A stretch of 64,000 nt of DNA from Clostridiales bacterium Firm_09 (GCA_001604065.1 LVAO01000008.1:40646-104645), one strand, 5' to 3'; shown: positions 46,970 to 57,866, counted from the first letter of the stretch. Numbers and translations are program-made. The notes: generated by a model from the letters alone, not told the origin.

Positions 46970-48811
46970 TTGAAAAAGTATTCCAAAAGCTTAAGAACAA
47001 TTACTGTTGCGGGGCTTGTTGTCATCTTTGTTTTGTCGGCGTTTTTGCTCTCGTCCTGTCTTTCATCCTGTCTGTCACTCTTTTCGATGGATATAGATGA
47101 TTTTGCGGATGAGATTCTGAAGGGCGCGTTTTCCGATGCGCTCTCTGTCAATTTTCTCTTGACAAATCCCGATTCGTATGGCGTCGGGACGGCGGAAGCT
47201 GCCTGGCCGCGTCCTTCCACCCGGCAAGAATACAGCGAATCCTTGAGTGAAATCACCAAACAGCTGAGGCTGGTACGCAAATTAATCAGATATGAGGGAG
47301 ACAAACAAAAAGAACTCTATGATTTTTTGATGAATTATATGGACTCCCGAGCCGAAGATTTTAAATATTATTATTTCCAGGATGATTATTTAGGTTCTTA
47401 TATCAGCATGCAGGCCAATATTCCCGTTCTGTTGTCCGAATACCGGCTGCGGAACGCCGGAGATATTGACAATGTTGTGGCATATATGGAAGATACGCAG
47501 GCCGCTTTTGCCTCATATATAAGCTACGAACACGAAAAAATCGATAACGGTTACGGCAGAGGTGCGGCATTCTATAGGGGCGCACTCAACCAGACCAAAG
47601 CGGTGCTTGGGGTGGATCAGGAAACCCGTTTGTCGGACGCAACCCCCCTGGACGCTTCCGGACACTTTTTAAGGGATGTTTTTGATACAAAGATCGAACA
47701 ATGCGCCTTTCTTACGGAAGCGCAGAAGGGAACGGCTCTAGCACGCATATCAGCCGCCTTGGAGCAGGGCTTATTGCCGGCCTATCTGCAGCTCGGGCTG
47801 GAACTCCAAAATATCATCGACAACACGCCGCAATCGCAGCTTAAGACGCAGGGACTCAGATATTATGACGAAGGCCAATCGTATTACGAGCATCTCTTCA
47901 AAACGGCAACAGGCTGCTCGGACAGCGTGCCCGCGGCGCTTGAGAAGCTGTATGCGGCATATGGTCAAGTTCAAGCGGATATCGATGCTCTTGAAGCGCA
48001 GATAAAACTTGATCAGGGCAGCGAGTATGATATTCAACAGGGAATATCCATGCTTATCGATGCCGATGACTGGACAGAAACGGGATTGCAGAATATTCTA
48101 GAAAGATTGAATGCGGATATTCTCGGCAACTATCCGGATTATCCGCAGAATCAGGTCCGCTTCAGTTTTGTAGACGAAAGCCTTAAGGATAATTATTCTC
48201 CTGCGGCATATTTCAGATCGCCCATCGACGACCTCTATGCGGAGGAGTCCATCATTATCAACAAATCGGGCAACGATGAATCCGAATCCCCTTATCTTCT
48301 TTTTGATCTTCTTGCCCATGAGGGAATACCCGGTCATATGTATCAGACCGCCTATCTCAAATCCCGTACGGACATGCATGCCATTCTGCAGGTGATGACG
48401 CCCAAGAGCTATTCGGAGGGCTGGGCGACATATGCGCAATATCAGTTTGCAGCCAATGCTTTCCAGAGTGAAAACAATCTGGAAAACCAATTGTTCCATT
48501 ATTATCAGCTTGAAAATCTGCGCGGCGGATACCTTCAGACAATTCTGGATATCCAGATACATTATGAAGGCATGAGTCTGGAGGCGATGGCGGCAAGTTT
48601 CGGGATGGCGGTCAACGAAGACCTGGAAGAAGCCTACAATCAGATACTTGAAACTCCCACAAACGCCGCGACGTATTTTTATTCTTATATTAAATTGATG
48701 GAAATCAAAACCGCACTTCTGGAAAAGGGCTACAGCGAACTTGCCTTTCACGAAGCAATCCTGAGCGCACCGTATACCTACGACCAGATCAAATCCATTT
48801 ACGGAGTATGA
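46970..48811 (+). CDS. DUF885-family lipoprotein
   Basis: TTG start after GAAGGGGG. Lipobox LLSSC. HEGIPGHMYQ matches the DUF885 HE..PGH signature. Confidence 0.6.
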   Translation: MKKYSKSLRTITVAGLVVIFVLSAFLLSSCLSSCLSLFSMDIDDFADEILKGAFSDALSVNFLLTNPDSYGVGTAEAAWPRPSTRQEYSESLSEITKQLRLVRKLIRYEGDKQKELYDFLMNYMDSRAEDFKYYYFQDDYLGSYISMQANIPVLLSEYRLRNAGDIDNVVAYMEDTQAAFASYISYEHEKIDNGYGRGAAFYRGALNQTKAVLGVDQETRLSDATPLDASGHFLRDVFDTKIEQCAFLTEAQKGTALARISAALEQGLLPAYLQLGLELQNIIDNTPQSQLKTQGLRYYDEGQSYYEHLFKTATGCSDSVPAALEKLYAAYGQVQADIDALEAQIKLDQGSEYDIQQGISMLIDADDWTETGLQNILERLNADILGNYPDYPQNQVRFSFVDESLKDNYSPAAYFRSPIDDLYAEESIIINKSGNDESESPYLLFDLLAHEGIPGHMYQTAYLKSRTDMHAILQVMTPKSYSEGWATYAQYQFAANAFQSENNLENQLFHYYQLENLRGGYLQTILDIQIHYEGMSLEAMAASFGMAVNEDLEEAYNQILETPTNAATYFYSYIKLMEIKTALLEKGYSELAFHEAILSAPYTYDQIKSIYGV

Positions 48812-49104
48812 ATACGCCGGAAAGATTGCCATCATGAAGCGCCTCCGTTAAAAGGGGGCGTCTCATGATGGATTGCAGTCCATCACTGCTTTGTTTTGTT
48901 TGCTGTTTCGGGCACGGGTTTTTCTTCATTTTTTCCGTATTTTTTTTTTACTGTCCATGCCGTCTCCGGGTTGATACCTGCGCATACCTTGTTTTGCCAT
49001 GAATGCCTGCCTTTTTTGATTAGTATAGCAAAAAAACGGCAGAATCAGACACGGACAATATCCGATTCATCCGGCATGCCGGAAATGGCTTACCTGCGGC
49101 CGTA

Positions 49105-50106
49105 TTATTTCGGCAAATAAGTATTGGCAAAGAAAAGCAGGGCCAAAGTCGCTTCTGCCATTTTGTCGGCATCCTTATCCAGTTCATGTCCGGAATTGGG
49201 GAAAATGATCAGACGCACCTTGTCCGCATGATGCGCAGAAAGCGCATCATAAAGCCTTTGACCGTTGGAATAAGGCACAAGCTTGTCTTTCCCTCCGTAT
49301 GCCAGCAGGGTTGCAGGAAAGCCCGCCTTGACATGGGTAATGGGCGAAGCATCGTAGAGGGCTTCGGGAAACGACCCGCTGGTTATCATTTCCTGATGAA
49401 CCGTTGTCCCCAGAAGAGAAGAAATCAACGTCAGTTTCTCCTCGGTCGTCAGATAGCCTTCTGTATAAAAAGCGGGATCCGAAAAATCCGTCGGGCCTAC
49501 CAGTGAAACGAGAAGCGAGACCGGGATGGGAGATGCCGCTGCGCACTTCAGACTGTACAGCAATGCCAGATGTCCGCCTGCGGAACTTCCTACCACGCCC
49601 ATTCTGTCGGTTTTCAATTGGTAGGCGGGTGCGATCTTTTTGATATAGGATACGGCCGATCTGATGTCGTCCAGCATATCAAGATAATTGATCCCTTCTC
49701 CCAGCAAGCGGTAATTGATGGTGACTGCGGCATATTGGTATGTATTGAGCAGATCGCTCAGAAAATAAAATTCGCTCTTATCGCCGCCCGTCCAGCTTCC
49801 CCCATGAATAAGAAGAAAGAACGGCATAGGCGTTTCTGCCTCTTTCAGGGGCTGCGGAAGAAGAATATCAAAAGTATGCTTGCTGCTGCTGCCATAAGAT
49901 ATATCCTTGAAAAGGCTTTGCTCCGGATCCGGAACGGGAAGAACGAATTCTTCTTCTTTTTCTTCTTGCTGTTCCTGGGATGCCTCCGAATCTTTATTGT
50001 CCGGAGCGTCGGGCGAGCTTTCATCCTCCAGATAACATCCATAAAAAGCAAAAGACAAAACAAACATCAGTGCAAACGTGAGCAATAGTACAAAGAATTT
50101 TTTCAT
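49105..50106 (-). CDS. Alpha/beta-hydrolase (esterase/lipase-type) lipoprotein
   Basis: Lipobox FYGC, oxyanion HGGSWTGGD, nucleophile elbow GSSAGGHLA. Confidence 0.75.
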   Translation of the reverse strand: MKKFFVLLLTFALMFVLSFAFYGCYLEDESSPDAPDNKDSEASQEQQEEKEEEFVLPVPDPEQSLFKDISYGSSSKHTFDILLPQPLKEAETPMPFFLLIHGGSWTGGDKSEFYFLSDLLNTYQYAAVTINYRLLGEGINYLDMLDDIRSAVSYIKKIAPAYQLKTDRMGVVGSSAGGHLALLYSLKCAAASPIPVSLLVSLVGPTDFSDPAFYTEGYLTTEEKLTLISSLLGTTVHQEMITSGSFPEALYDASPITHVKAGFPATLLAYGGKDKLVPYSNGQRLYDALSAHHADKVRLIIFPNSGHELDKDADKMAEATLALLFFANTYLPK

Positions 50107-50639
50107 AGGTCTTTTTTCCCGGATAAATGACAGGTATGAATCTCCTTATAAATTAGTTTTCCGTTTTCATTGGTTGATTCCATAAGCGTATAGTCGGATA
50201 CCAAAAATGTCAATTCTGAAACCCGATCTTCAAAATTGTCTGTTTTGACACCGCGTCCAAGGGTAATATGCGGATGGTACGGGCGCTCTTCTGTCAAGAA
50301 ACCCGCGGTTGCTAGGCCTTTTATGAGACGAGATTGGAGCGACGACAGCGCAGGGCTTTCCTTTATGCCGACCCAGCAGATGTCGCCCCGGCTGTGGGAG
50401 AATTTCCCCGTGCGGGAAAGCGTTAAAGAAAAGGGAGCAGGGCAGATCCCGTCCATTATTTTTATGATGTCTCCGGCACGTTCTGTCTCTCCGATGAAAA
50501 CCAATGTAAGGTGCAGGTTTTCTTCGTGTGTGAAGCTCCCGCAGGAGGCGCATCGGCGCAACGCTTCAATGCGTCGGGCCAGATAAGCGCGGATCGTTTC
50601 GGGCAAGGAGATCGCGATGAACAACCTTTTTTGAGCCAT
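50103..50639 (-). CDS. thpR: RNA 2',3'-cyclic phosphodiesterase ThpR (2H / LigT family)
   Basis: Two H-x-T-x motifs (HLTLVF and HITLGR). 178 aa from the ATG at 50639. The stop overlaps the next start (ATGA). Confidence 0.85.
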   Translation of the reverse strand: MAQKRLFIAISLPETIRAYLARRIEALRRCASCGSFTHEENLHLTLVFIGETERAGDIIKIMDGICPAPFSLTLSRTGKFSHSRGDICWVGIKESPALSSLQSRLIKGLATAGFLTEERPYHPHITLGRGVKTDNFEDRVSELTFLVSDYTLMESTNENGKLIYKEIHTCHLSGKKDL

Positions 50640-50738
50640 AAAAAAAGTATAGCACACTTTTTTGTATTTGCATTCTTTTCATTGCAAGGAGCATGCGGAT
50701 ATGGTAGTATTTTTGTAAAAAAGGTGGCGGAAGAACGG

Positions 50739-52247
50739 ATGAAAACAAAATCAGAATTGGGCAGAATGCTTGCTTACGGGGCATCCGATGTGCTGGGCGG
50801 CGGCGTGGGACAGGTCATATCGATGTATTATCTGACTTTTTTGCTGTATGTTGTCCAGCTTTCGCCAATGCAGGCAGGATTGGTGACAGGCATCGGGAGA
50901 GTCTGGGACGGTATTACCGATCCTCTGATGGGTGTGGTTGTTGACCGAACAAAATCCAGGTTCGGCGCATGCCGTTTCTGGATGCTTGTCGGAGTGATTC
51001 CGATATTTGCCGCGTATTTTATGTTGTGGCATTTTTTCGGCATACCGGGCAATACGGGACGTTTTGTCTATTATATCTTTGTCTATATGTTCTGGAGCAC
51101 GGCGCTTACTGTTGTGCTCATTCCCTATGAGTCGCTTCTTCCCCGCATTGTTTCATCGTATAAAGAGCGTACGGATTTCAGCTCGGTGCGCATGATATTC
51201 AGCGGGGTTGCCTGTGTCGTATCGACATATATTTATGAATGGCTGGTGCCCGTCCGCACCGAAAACGGATTGACCCCTGCATTCATCCCCAACTTTACCA
51301 TGCTGGGTATTGTATTGGGACTGATGTTCTCGCTGCCGCTTCTCGTGACTGTTTTTGGGGTAAAAGAAAATCCTTTGAAAAAAGACCGTCCGCCTTTGAC
51401 GCTCCGGCTGGTTTATAAAGATTATACAGAAATTTTCAAATCCAGAATCTTCAGAAAATATTTTTTCATAGGCTTGTGCGGCACAATGGTGGGAAGCGCC
51501 GTAAATGCGTCGATGGTGATTTTTGTCTATCTCATGTATGGCAATGTTTCCGATTTCTTTTTGGGCTTCACATTGGTTTTTCTGGTCATTAATCTGAAGG
51601 GCGCGGCAGAAATTGCCTTTTTTGTTCCGAATGTCGTGATGATGAAAAAATACAACAAGCACCGGCCGTATCTTGTTGATTTGCCGTTGATTATGATTGC
51701 GTGCGCGATGATTCTGTTCATAACTTCTTCGACGCCGGCATGGTTTATGCTTATTGCGATGGGCATACTCGGGATGGGTGTTTCCTGTCTTGGCTTTGTG
51801 CCGATGACGCTTCTCCCCGATCTTTCGGATGTGGATGAACTGATGTACGGCAAACGGCGCGAGGGTGTCAATGCCGGTCTGACCACACTCGGCAAAAAAC
51901 TTGTATCGGGACTTTCGATCACTTTATTCGGATTCATTTTAGAAATCTTCGGGCTGGACAACAAGTCCGCAAGTCCGGATGCTGCAACGCCGGGTGCCAT
52001 CTTTGCCATCAAATTGATGTTCGGTGTTTTGCCCATTGCCATATGCATCGTAATGATTGTTTTGAGCCGCTTCTATAATCTGGATGCAGAGAGCCACGGG
52101 ATAATCAAGCGTTTGATTGCGGAAAAATATGAAAAAGGTTTGTCCGGCGCCACAGAAAAGGAAAAAAAGCTGTGTGAGAAGATAACGGGTGTCCGTTTCG
52201 AAAAAATGTGGGTAGCGCATGAGGACCGGACCGTCAGCAATTTCTGA
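50739..52247 (+). CDS. GPH/MFS-family glycoside-pentoside-hexuronide:cation symporter
   Basis: 12-TM pattern with N-terminal YGASDVLGGG and DGITDPLMG motifs. The ATG at 50739 is used because the longer ORF-track extension is antisense to thpR. Confidence 0.75.
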   Translation: MKTKSELGRMLAYGASDVLGGGVGQVISMYYLTFLLYVVQLSPMQAGLVTGIGRVWDGITDPLMGVVVDRTKSRFGACRFWMLVGVIPIFAAYFMLWHFFGIPGNTGRFVYYIFVYMFWSTALTVVLIPYESLLPRIVSSYKERTDFSSVRMIFSGVACVVSTYIYEWLVPVRTENGLTPAFIPNFTMLGIVLGLMFSLPLLVTVFGVKENPLKKDRPPLTLRLVYKDYTEIFKSRIFRKYFFIGLCGTMVGSAVNASMVIFVYLMYGNVSDFFLGFTLVFLVINLKGAAEIAFFVPNVVMMKKYNKHRPYLVDLPLIMIACAMILFITSSTPAWFMLIAMGILGMGVSCLGFVPMTLLPDLSDVDELMYGKRREGVNAGLTTLGKKLVSGLSITLFGFILEIFGLDNKSASPDAATPGAIFAIKLMFGVLPIAICIVMIVLSRFYNLDAESHGIIKRLIAEKYEKGLSGATEKEKKLCEKITGVRFEKMWVAHEDRTVSNF

Positions 52248-52253
52248 AAGTTG

Positions 52254-53081
52254 TCAGCAGTTGCCTTTGTAAACGTATTTCAAATGTTTTTTTGCGATAT
52301 CCACAAGTCTTTCTATATCGGCAACCGGTGTGGCTATCCTTCCGGTATATTTGTATTGAGGGAAGAATCTTGATAAATGCAAGGGGATCTCCTTATCTAT
52401 CCCCGCAAGCCATCCAGCAAGATCGTCCATTTCTGTTTCGCTGTCGTTTTCTCCGGGAATAATGAGTGTCGTTATTTCCACATGGCATCGGCCGTGGGAA
52501 AGGCGGATGGTGTTCTTGACCGTTTCCAGGTCGCCGCCAAGTTTTTTGTAATATTCATCCGAAAAGCATTTGAGGTCGATATTCATCGCATCGACATAAG
52601 GGAGAATGCGCATCAGAGGATCAAGGTTGATGTATCCGTTGGTGACGAGGATATTATTCATGTGCCTCTGCTTCACCAGTCTGCAGCAGTCCAGAACGTA
52701 TTCGAATCCGACGAATGGTTCGTTATAGGTGTAAGCAAGTCCGATATTTCCTTGATGCACCAGACGCAATGCCTGACTGGCCAGCTCTTCGGGTTTGACA
52801 GTGGCGGATACGGCACTTTTTTCGTCGGCCATTGAGATTTTATAATTCTGGCAAAAAGGACAAGAGAGATTGCATCCGAAACTTCCGACAGACAAGACCT
52901 TGGAACCGGGAAGATAATGGGCAAAGGGTTTTTTTTCAATCGGATCTAAAGCAAGGGAAGTGATTCTGCCATAATTCAAGGAGATTATTTTGCCTCCGAC
53001 ACATTTTCTGGCTCTGCAAAACCCGGTTTGTCCTTCGGACAATGCGCAGGCATGGGGACAGAGTTTGCATATTGTTTTCAT
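52254..53081 (-). CDS. AmmeMemoRadiSam-system radical SAM enzyme
   Basis: N-terminal CKLCPHACALSEGQTGFCRARK cluster plus CNLSCPFCQN (CxxxCxxC). Translationally coupled (ATGA) to the AMMECR1-containing gene. Confidence 0.8.
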   Translation of the reverse strand: MKTICKLCPHACALSEGQTGFCRARKCVGGKIISLNYGRITSLALDPIEKKPFAHYLPGSKVLSVGSFGCNLSCPFCQNYKISMADEKSAVSATVKPEELASQALRLVHQGNIGLAYTYNEPFVGFEYVLDCCRLVKQRHMNNILVTNGYINLDPLMRILPYVDAMNIDLKCFSDEYYKKLGGDLETVKNTIRLSHGRCHVEITTLIIPGENDSETEMDDLAGWLAGIDKEIPLHLSRFFPQYKYTGRIATPVADIERLVDIAKKHLKYVYKGNC

Positions 53082-54457
53082 AGATGCCTCATAACTTCAA
53101 ATCTTTCTATGAGATAAGGTTCATCCGGCTTGATATTAGCTTTGGAGAGTGCGATTCTGATTTGTTTCTGAACCGTATCAACCCCCTCAAGCGCAGGAAG
53201 AAGCAGTCCCCTGCGTCTTCCGCAGGAGACAATGACGCCGTATCGTTGGGGATCAAGCATATGGATATCCGCTGGTTCTGCCGCAGACAAGACATCGACG
53301 CTGTAGACAAGAAAAGAAAGCTCGTCCGGCCTTACGGGAGAAAAACGCGGATCTTCCGAACAGGCGCAGATGGCATTGTAAATTATTTCTTCTGCAATAT
53401 TTTTTCTGACGGGAGAAATGGTGCCGATGCAACCGCGAAGTTGGCCTTGTTTTTTGATGGATACAAAAACGCCTGCCCGGCTTGCGGTCAATTCCGGTGG
53501 CAGCCCATCGGGAAGCGGCGGGCGCTTGCCGTTCTTGACAAAATATTCGACAGAATATCTTGCAAGACGCACATGATTGTCCTCGTTTATCCGGTGTTTT
53601 TCTGCCAGGTTCTGTTCTTTTTTGATGTGATTATCCAAAAAACAGCGGTTTTTATCTTTTTCAAGCGGGATAAATGCCGCGACGGCATAACCGATGCCGA
53701 AATTGTTCTGATAAGAAAGAAGCTCTGCGTTGACTTTGAATCCATCCAAGGCGCCCGCCATGATAATGAAGGAACGCAGACCGCATTCGGCGGCTTCGTC
53801 GGCAAAGCCGGGATCCGTCTCCAGCCACCGGATGAAATCCCCTTTTGCCATCGCCGTCGTGATTTCGTGGTCGAATCGTGCGCCGACCTGAGAAAAACCA
53901 TAAGGGCTGCCCGGTGCCGCTTTGTGTGAGAGATCTCCGCTTGCGACAACCACGGCAGCCCGGTTCAGATTTTCTGCAGCTTCTGCCAAAATCTGCCCGA
54001 GCTTATAATGCTCAGCGTAAGAAAGCCCGGACAGACCCACTTTTACAAGTCTGAAATTACGGTATTCCTTTTGGATAAAAAAGAGCGGGACAATGCAACC
54101 GTGGTCAAGATCCTGCCGTTTGCCGAGAGTGCCCGCAGAAAGGTTGCGCTTTTCTGAAAGAGTTGAGACAGCGGATGCAAATTCTTCGTCACAGTCTACC
54201 GAAACTTTGATTTCGGGAGCCCGGAATCTTCCCATATCGCCTTTCAGGCATTTTTCTGCCGCAATCTGGTTGTAATCGCTGTACGCTAACGTATGGGGAG
54301 AAACGAGAACAATGGTATCCGGCTTGAGTGCGGCGATGCGCTTGCTGACTTCATGGCAGGCATCCGCTGTTTTTTGTATCTTGCCTTCTTCTCCCTTACC
54401 TACCGCAGGCAGAAGTATGGGAGGATGCGGCATAATAAACGCACCGATAATGGCCAT
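53078..54457 (-). CDS. Fusion protein: class III extradiol-dioxygenase (LigB/Memo-fold)-like domain + AMMECR1 domain (AmmeMemoRadiSam protein A)
   Basis: The N-terminal half, about 270 aa, begins FIMPHPPILLP and contains SGDLSH. The C-terminal half contains GVFVSIKKQGQLRGCIGT ... DPRF.PV, the AMMECR1 signature. Confidence 0.75.
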   Translation of the reverse strand: MAIIGAFIMPHPPILLPAVGKGEEGKIQKTADACHEVSKRIAALKPDTIVLVSPHTLAYSDYNQIAAEKCLKGDMGRFRAPEIKVSVDCDEEFASAVSTLSEKRNLSAGTLGKRQDLDHGCIVPLFFIQKEYRNFRLVKVGLSGLSYAEHYKLGQILAEAAENLNRAAVVVASGDLSHKAAPGSPYGFSQVGARFDHEITTAMAKGDFIRWLETDPGFADEAAECGLRSFIIMAGALDGFKVNAELLSYQNNFGIGYAVAAFIPLEKDKNRCFLDNHIKKEQNLAEKHRINEDNHVRLARYSVEYFVKNGKRPPLPDGLPPELTASRAGVFVSIKKQGQLRGCIGTISPVRKNIAEEIIYNAICACSEDPRFSPVRPDELSFLVYSVDVLSAAEPADIHMLDPQRYGVIVSCGRRRGLLLPALEGVDTVQKQIRIALSKANIKPDEPYLIERFEVMRHL

Positions 54458-54541
54458 ATTTTCTCCTTACGGTAGATATTATAGCATGTTTTTATAAACT
54501 TTCACAAAAAATGTTTTTCGGTTCTCCTGTTTTTCGGAAGT

Positions 54542-57130
54542 TTACCGGACGACGAATTCTCCGTTTTCAACCGTCACCTTGATTTCGGAGCCTTCTTTAT
54601 AGTCATTGGCGATGATGGCCCGGCCGACGGCAGTTTCGATTTTGGACTGGATATAGCGTTTGATGGGACGGGCGCCATACTGCGGATCATAACTGTTTTC
54701 TGCAATGAGATCTTTGGCTTCGTCGCTTATTGTAATCACAAGATGCCTTTCGGCCACACGGGCAACAAGAGACTTGAGCATCAGGTCAATTATGCTCCGC
54801 ACATCCGCGCGTGATAGGGGTTTGAAGAAAATGATTTCATCCAGCCTGTTCAGAAATTCCGGGCGGAAGGTCTGACGCAAGAGCCGTTCGACCGCCATTC
54901 GGGCGTCGTCAAGGATTTCGCCGGATTCGCCGATGCCTTCAAGGATATAAGGCGAACCCAGATTGGATGTCATAATGATGATGGTATTTTTGAAATCGAC
55001 CGTGCGTCCCTGCGAATCGGTGATGCGCCCGTCATCCAGCACCTGAAGAAGAACATTGAACACATCCGGATGGGCTTTTTCGATTTCGTCAAACAGCACC
55101 ACGCTGTAGGGCTTGCGCCGTACCGCTTCGGTTAATTGACCGCCCTCGTCGTAGCCGACATAGCCCGGAGGCGCGCCGATGAGACGCGATACGGAAAATT
55201 TTTCCATATATTCGCTCATGTCGATGCGCACCATGTTATGTTCATCATCAAAGAGCGCTTCAGCAAGCGCCTTGGCAAGCTCGGTTTTGCCCACACCGGT
55301 CGGACCCAGGAACATAAATGACCCGATGGGACGCTTTTCATCCGAAATGCCCGCGCGGGAACGCAGAATGGCCTCGGCGACCTTGGTGACCGCATCGTTC
55401 TGTCCGATGACGCGCTTATGGAGAATTTCGTCCAGACGCAGAAGCTTTTCGCGTTCGCCTTCCATCAGCTTCGTGACAGGGACACCTGTCCAGCGTGAAA
55501 CGATTTTTGCAATCTCTTCTTCGGTCACTTTATTGCGCAGCAGGCTGTTGTGCTTGGTTTCGGAAGCTTTTTCGGCTTCTTTCAGCTGTCTTGTCAGTTC
55601 CGGAAGCTTGCCATACTGAAGTTTGGCAATGGTTTCATAGTCCATGTTGCGTTGGGCGCGTTCTATATCCGCGTTGACCTTATCAATCTGAATTTTGATA
55701 TCGTGAACGGTGCTGATGCCTTTCTTTTCTGCTTCCCAGCGCAGCTTCATGGAAGAAAACTGTTCGCGGTAGTCTGCAAGATCCTTCTGGAGCTTTTGCA
55801 GCCTGTCTTTGGAAAGTTGGTCGGTTTCTTTTTTGAGCGCCATTTCCTCGATCTCCAATTGCATGATTTTTCTGGAAATCTCATCCATTTCGGAGGGCAT
55901 CGAGTCGATTTCTGTACGGATCATTGCGCAGGACTCGTCAACAAGGTCGATGGCCTTGTCCGGCAGAAAACGGTCAGAAATATAACGGTGGGACAATGTC
56001 GCCGCAGCAATCAGCGCCTGATCCTGAATCTGAACGCCGTGAAAGATTTCGTACCGTTCCTTCAATCCGCGGAGAATGGATATGGTATCCTCTACCGAAG
56101 GCTCGTTGACCATTACGGGCTGGAATCTCCGCTCCAGTGCGGCATCCTTTTCGATATACTTTCTGTATTCGTCCAGCGTGGTCGCACCGATGCAGTGCAG
56201 TTCGCCGCGTGCAAGCATAGGTTTGAGAAGGTTTCCCGCATCCATGGAGCCTTCTGTTTTGCCCGCTCCCACGATGGTATGAAGTTCGTCGATGAAAAGA
56301 ATGATTTTTCCTTCGGAAGATTTGATTTCGTTCAGAACGGCTTTAAGACGTTCTTCGAATTCGCCGCGGAATTTTGCACCGGCAATCAATGCGCCCATAT
56401 CAAGAGAAAAAATCGTTTTTTCCTTAAGCCCTTCCGGGACATCTCCGCGGACAATACGCAGTGCAAGACCTTCTGCTATCGCGGTTTTGCCGACGCCCGG
56501 CTCACCAATGAGAACAGGGTTATTTTTGGTTTTTCTGGAGAGAATGCGTATCACGTTCCGGATTTCGGTGTCTCTCCCGATGACGGGATCCAGCTTCTGG
56601 GCGCGGGCGCGCTCAACAAGGTCCGTACCGTATTTATTGAGTGCGTCATAAGTGCTCTCCGGATTGTCGCTGGTGACCCTGCCTCCGCTCTTCACTTTCT
56701 TCAGTTCCGCTTCAAATTTTGACTTTGTCAACCCATAATCCTTCATAAGGGATGCCAAATCATTGCTGTTGTCAAATATTGCCAGCATCAGATGCTCAAC
56801 CGAGACATATTCGTCGCGTGCGGATGCTGCCAGCTTTTCTGCCGCAGAAAGAATTCTGTCCGTGATGGGCGCCACATATACTTTGCCCGGCTCCCTTCCC
56901 GAGCCGCTCACTTTGGGCGAGCGGCGTATTTTATCATCCACCCGGGCAATCAGCCCGTCAGGGTCTACGCCGCACTTCTTTACGATGGAAGGAATCAGTC
57001 CGCTGTCATCGTCCAGCAGCGCATAGAGCAGGTGCTCGGGCATGATTTCGATATTCTGGTTCTCGATGGCGATATTTTGTGCGTTGCGTATCGCTTCCAT
57101 TGATTTTTGCGTTAATTTATTGGTATCCAT
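54542..57130 (-). CDS. clpB: ATP-dependent disaggregase ClpB
   Basis: 862 aa. Two AAA+ modules ([10 protein letters not shown] and [10 protein letters not shown]) with a long coiled-coil middle domain. Confidence 0.96.
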   Translation of the reverse strand: MDTNKLTQKSMEAIRNAQNIAIENQNIEIMPEHLLYALLDDDSGLIPSIVKKCGVDPDGLIARVDDKIRRSPKVSGSGREPGKVYVAPITDRILSAAEKLAASARDEYVSVEHLMLAIFDNSNDLASLMKDYGLTKSKFEAELKKVKSGGRVTSDNPESTYDALNKYGTDLVERARAQKLDPVIGRDTEIRNVIRILSRKTKNNPVLIGEPGVGKTAIAEGLALRIVRGDVPEGLKEKTIFSLDMGALIAGAKFRGEFEERLKAVLNEIKSSEGKIILFIDELHTIVGAGKTEGSMDAGNLLKPMLARGELHCIGATTLDEYRKYIEKDAALERRFQPVMVNEPSVEDTISILRGLKERYEIFHGVQIQDQALIAAATLSHRYISDRFLPDKAIDLVDESCAMIRTEIDSMPSEMDEISRKIMQLEIEEMALKKETDQLSKDRLQKLQKDLADYREQFSSMKLRWEAEKKGISTVHDIKIQIDKVNADIERAQRNMDYETIAKLQYGKLPELTRQLKEAEKASETKHNSLLRNKVTEEEIAKIVSRWTGVPVTKLMEGEREKLLRLDEILHKRVIGQNDAVTKVAEAILRSRAGISDEKRPIGSFMFLGPTGVGKTELAKALAEALFDDEHNMVRIDMSEYMEKFSVSRLIGAPPGYVGYDEGGQLTEAVRRKPYSVVLFDEIEKAHPDVFNVLLQVLDDGRITDSQGRTVDFKNTIIIMTSNLGSPYILEGIGESGEILDDARMAVERLLRQTFRPEFLNRLDEIIFFKPLSRADVRSIIDLMLKSLVARVAERHLVITISDEAKDLIAENSYDPQYGARPIKRYIQSKIETAVGRAIIANDYKEGSEIKVTVENGEFVVR

Positions 57131-57159
57131 AGTTGATTCCCCACAAAATGATATTCTGT

Positions 57160-57810
57160 TTATAAGATGCCCGCGCCGCTGTTGAGATAGTCAAGATATC
57201 TGTTTTCAAGAGCGGTTGCGGAATTCAGTTTTCCTGAAAGATAGCCCTTAAGCATATCGTCGAAGGTGCGGATGTAAGAGCAAAGGGCTTTTGACAGTCT
57301 CTCTGTATCGTAGTGCTTGCCTTCCGGTATGCGGAAGGTACGGAAGAATCTGCCGGGTTCCAGCCGATAACCAATCTCTCCCATATAAAAATGCGAGAGA
57401 TAAATCTTTTCCAGACGCATCCACAGATCGAAGAACTGTTGAAGTTCGGATAAGAATTCGGCGCTTTGCGCGCGGAAGACAACTTTAAGTTCTCCCACGA
57501 CCTCTTTGTCCGAGCGATACAGCTCCACTTCATATTTGATCGTGGGACGATATCTGTAATCCAAGGAGCTTTTGAGCAGCATTCTGTTGCTGTAAGGCTC
57601 GCGGAAGAGAGAAAAAATCTGGTGGTCCATCCGCTGGCACATCATTTCAAAGACGCCGTCAATCCGTTTTTCGGGCGTAACCAAAGACAGATAGTCGGCA
57701 AGGATGCGATTGATGAGATTGGAGCGGTTGGTGTTTTCTTCCCGCGCGAGCGCATCAATCTTCTCTACCACATCGTCCATAAGAATCAGACTGTAAAGAC
57801 TCTTTTTCAT
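57160..57810 (-). CDS. Hypothetical protein with N-terminal ribbon-helix-helix (CopG-like) motif, directly upstream of clpB
   Basis: The ATG at 57810 follows [40 protein letters not shown] fits a beta-strand/helix/helix RHH pattern. The remaining ~170 aa are unrecognised. Only 29 nt separate this gene from clpB. Confidence 0.5.
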   Translation of the reverse strand: MKKSLYSLILMDDVVEKIDALAREENTNRSNLINRILADYLSLVTPEKRIDGVFEMMCQRMDHQIFSLFREPYSNRMLLKSSLDYRYRPTIKYEVELYRSDKEVVGELKVVFRAQSAEFLSELQQFFDLWMRLEKIYLSHFYMGEIGYRLEPGRFFRTFRIPEGKHYDTERLSKALCSYIRTFDDMLKGYLSGKLNSATALENRYLDYLNSGAGIL

Positions 57811-57838
57811 GATATATTTTCCACCTGTTTCTACCATT

Positions 57839-57866
57839 ATTATACGTCAAAAACAAAATTTGTCAA
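57839..57866 (-). promoter_or_regulatory. Promoter of the RHH-gene/clpB unit
   Basis: The minus strand reads TTGACA (57861-57866), a 16-nt spacer, then TATAAT (57839-57844). Confidence 0.55.

Noticed and set aside
48829-48871. A 15-bp-stem hairpin (CCATCATGAAGCGCC / GGCGTCTCATGATGG) after the DUF885 gene as a special element.
   Set aside because: It is most simply a transcription stop or RNA-stabilising hairpin. It has no adjacent U-tract and I found no second copy, so there is nothing further to claim.
48940-48949. T10 homopolymer as a slipped-strand phase-variation switch.
   Set aside because: It lies between two convergent genes, downstream of both stops. It is neither in a promoter spacer nor in a coding frame.
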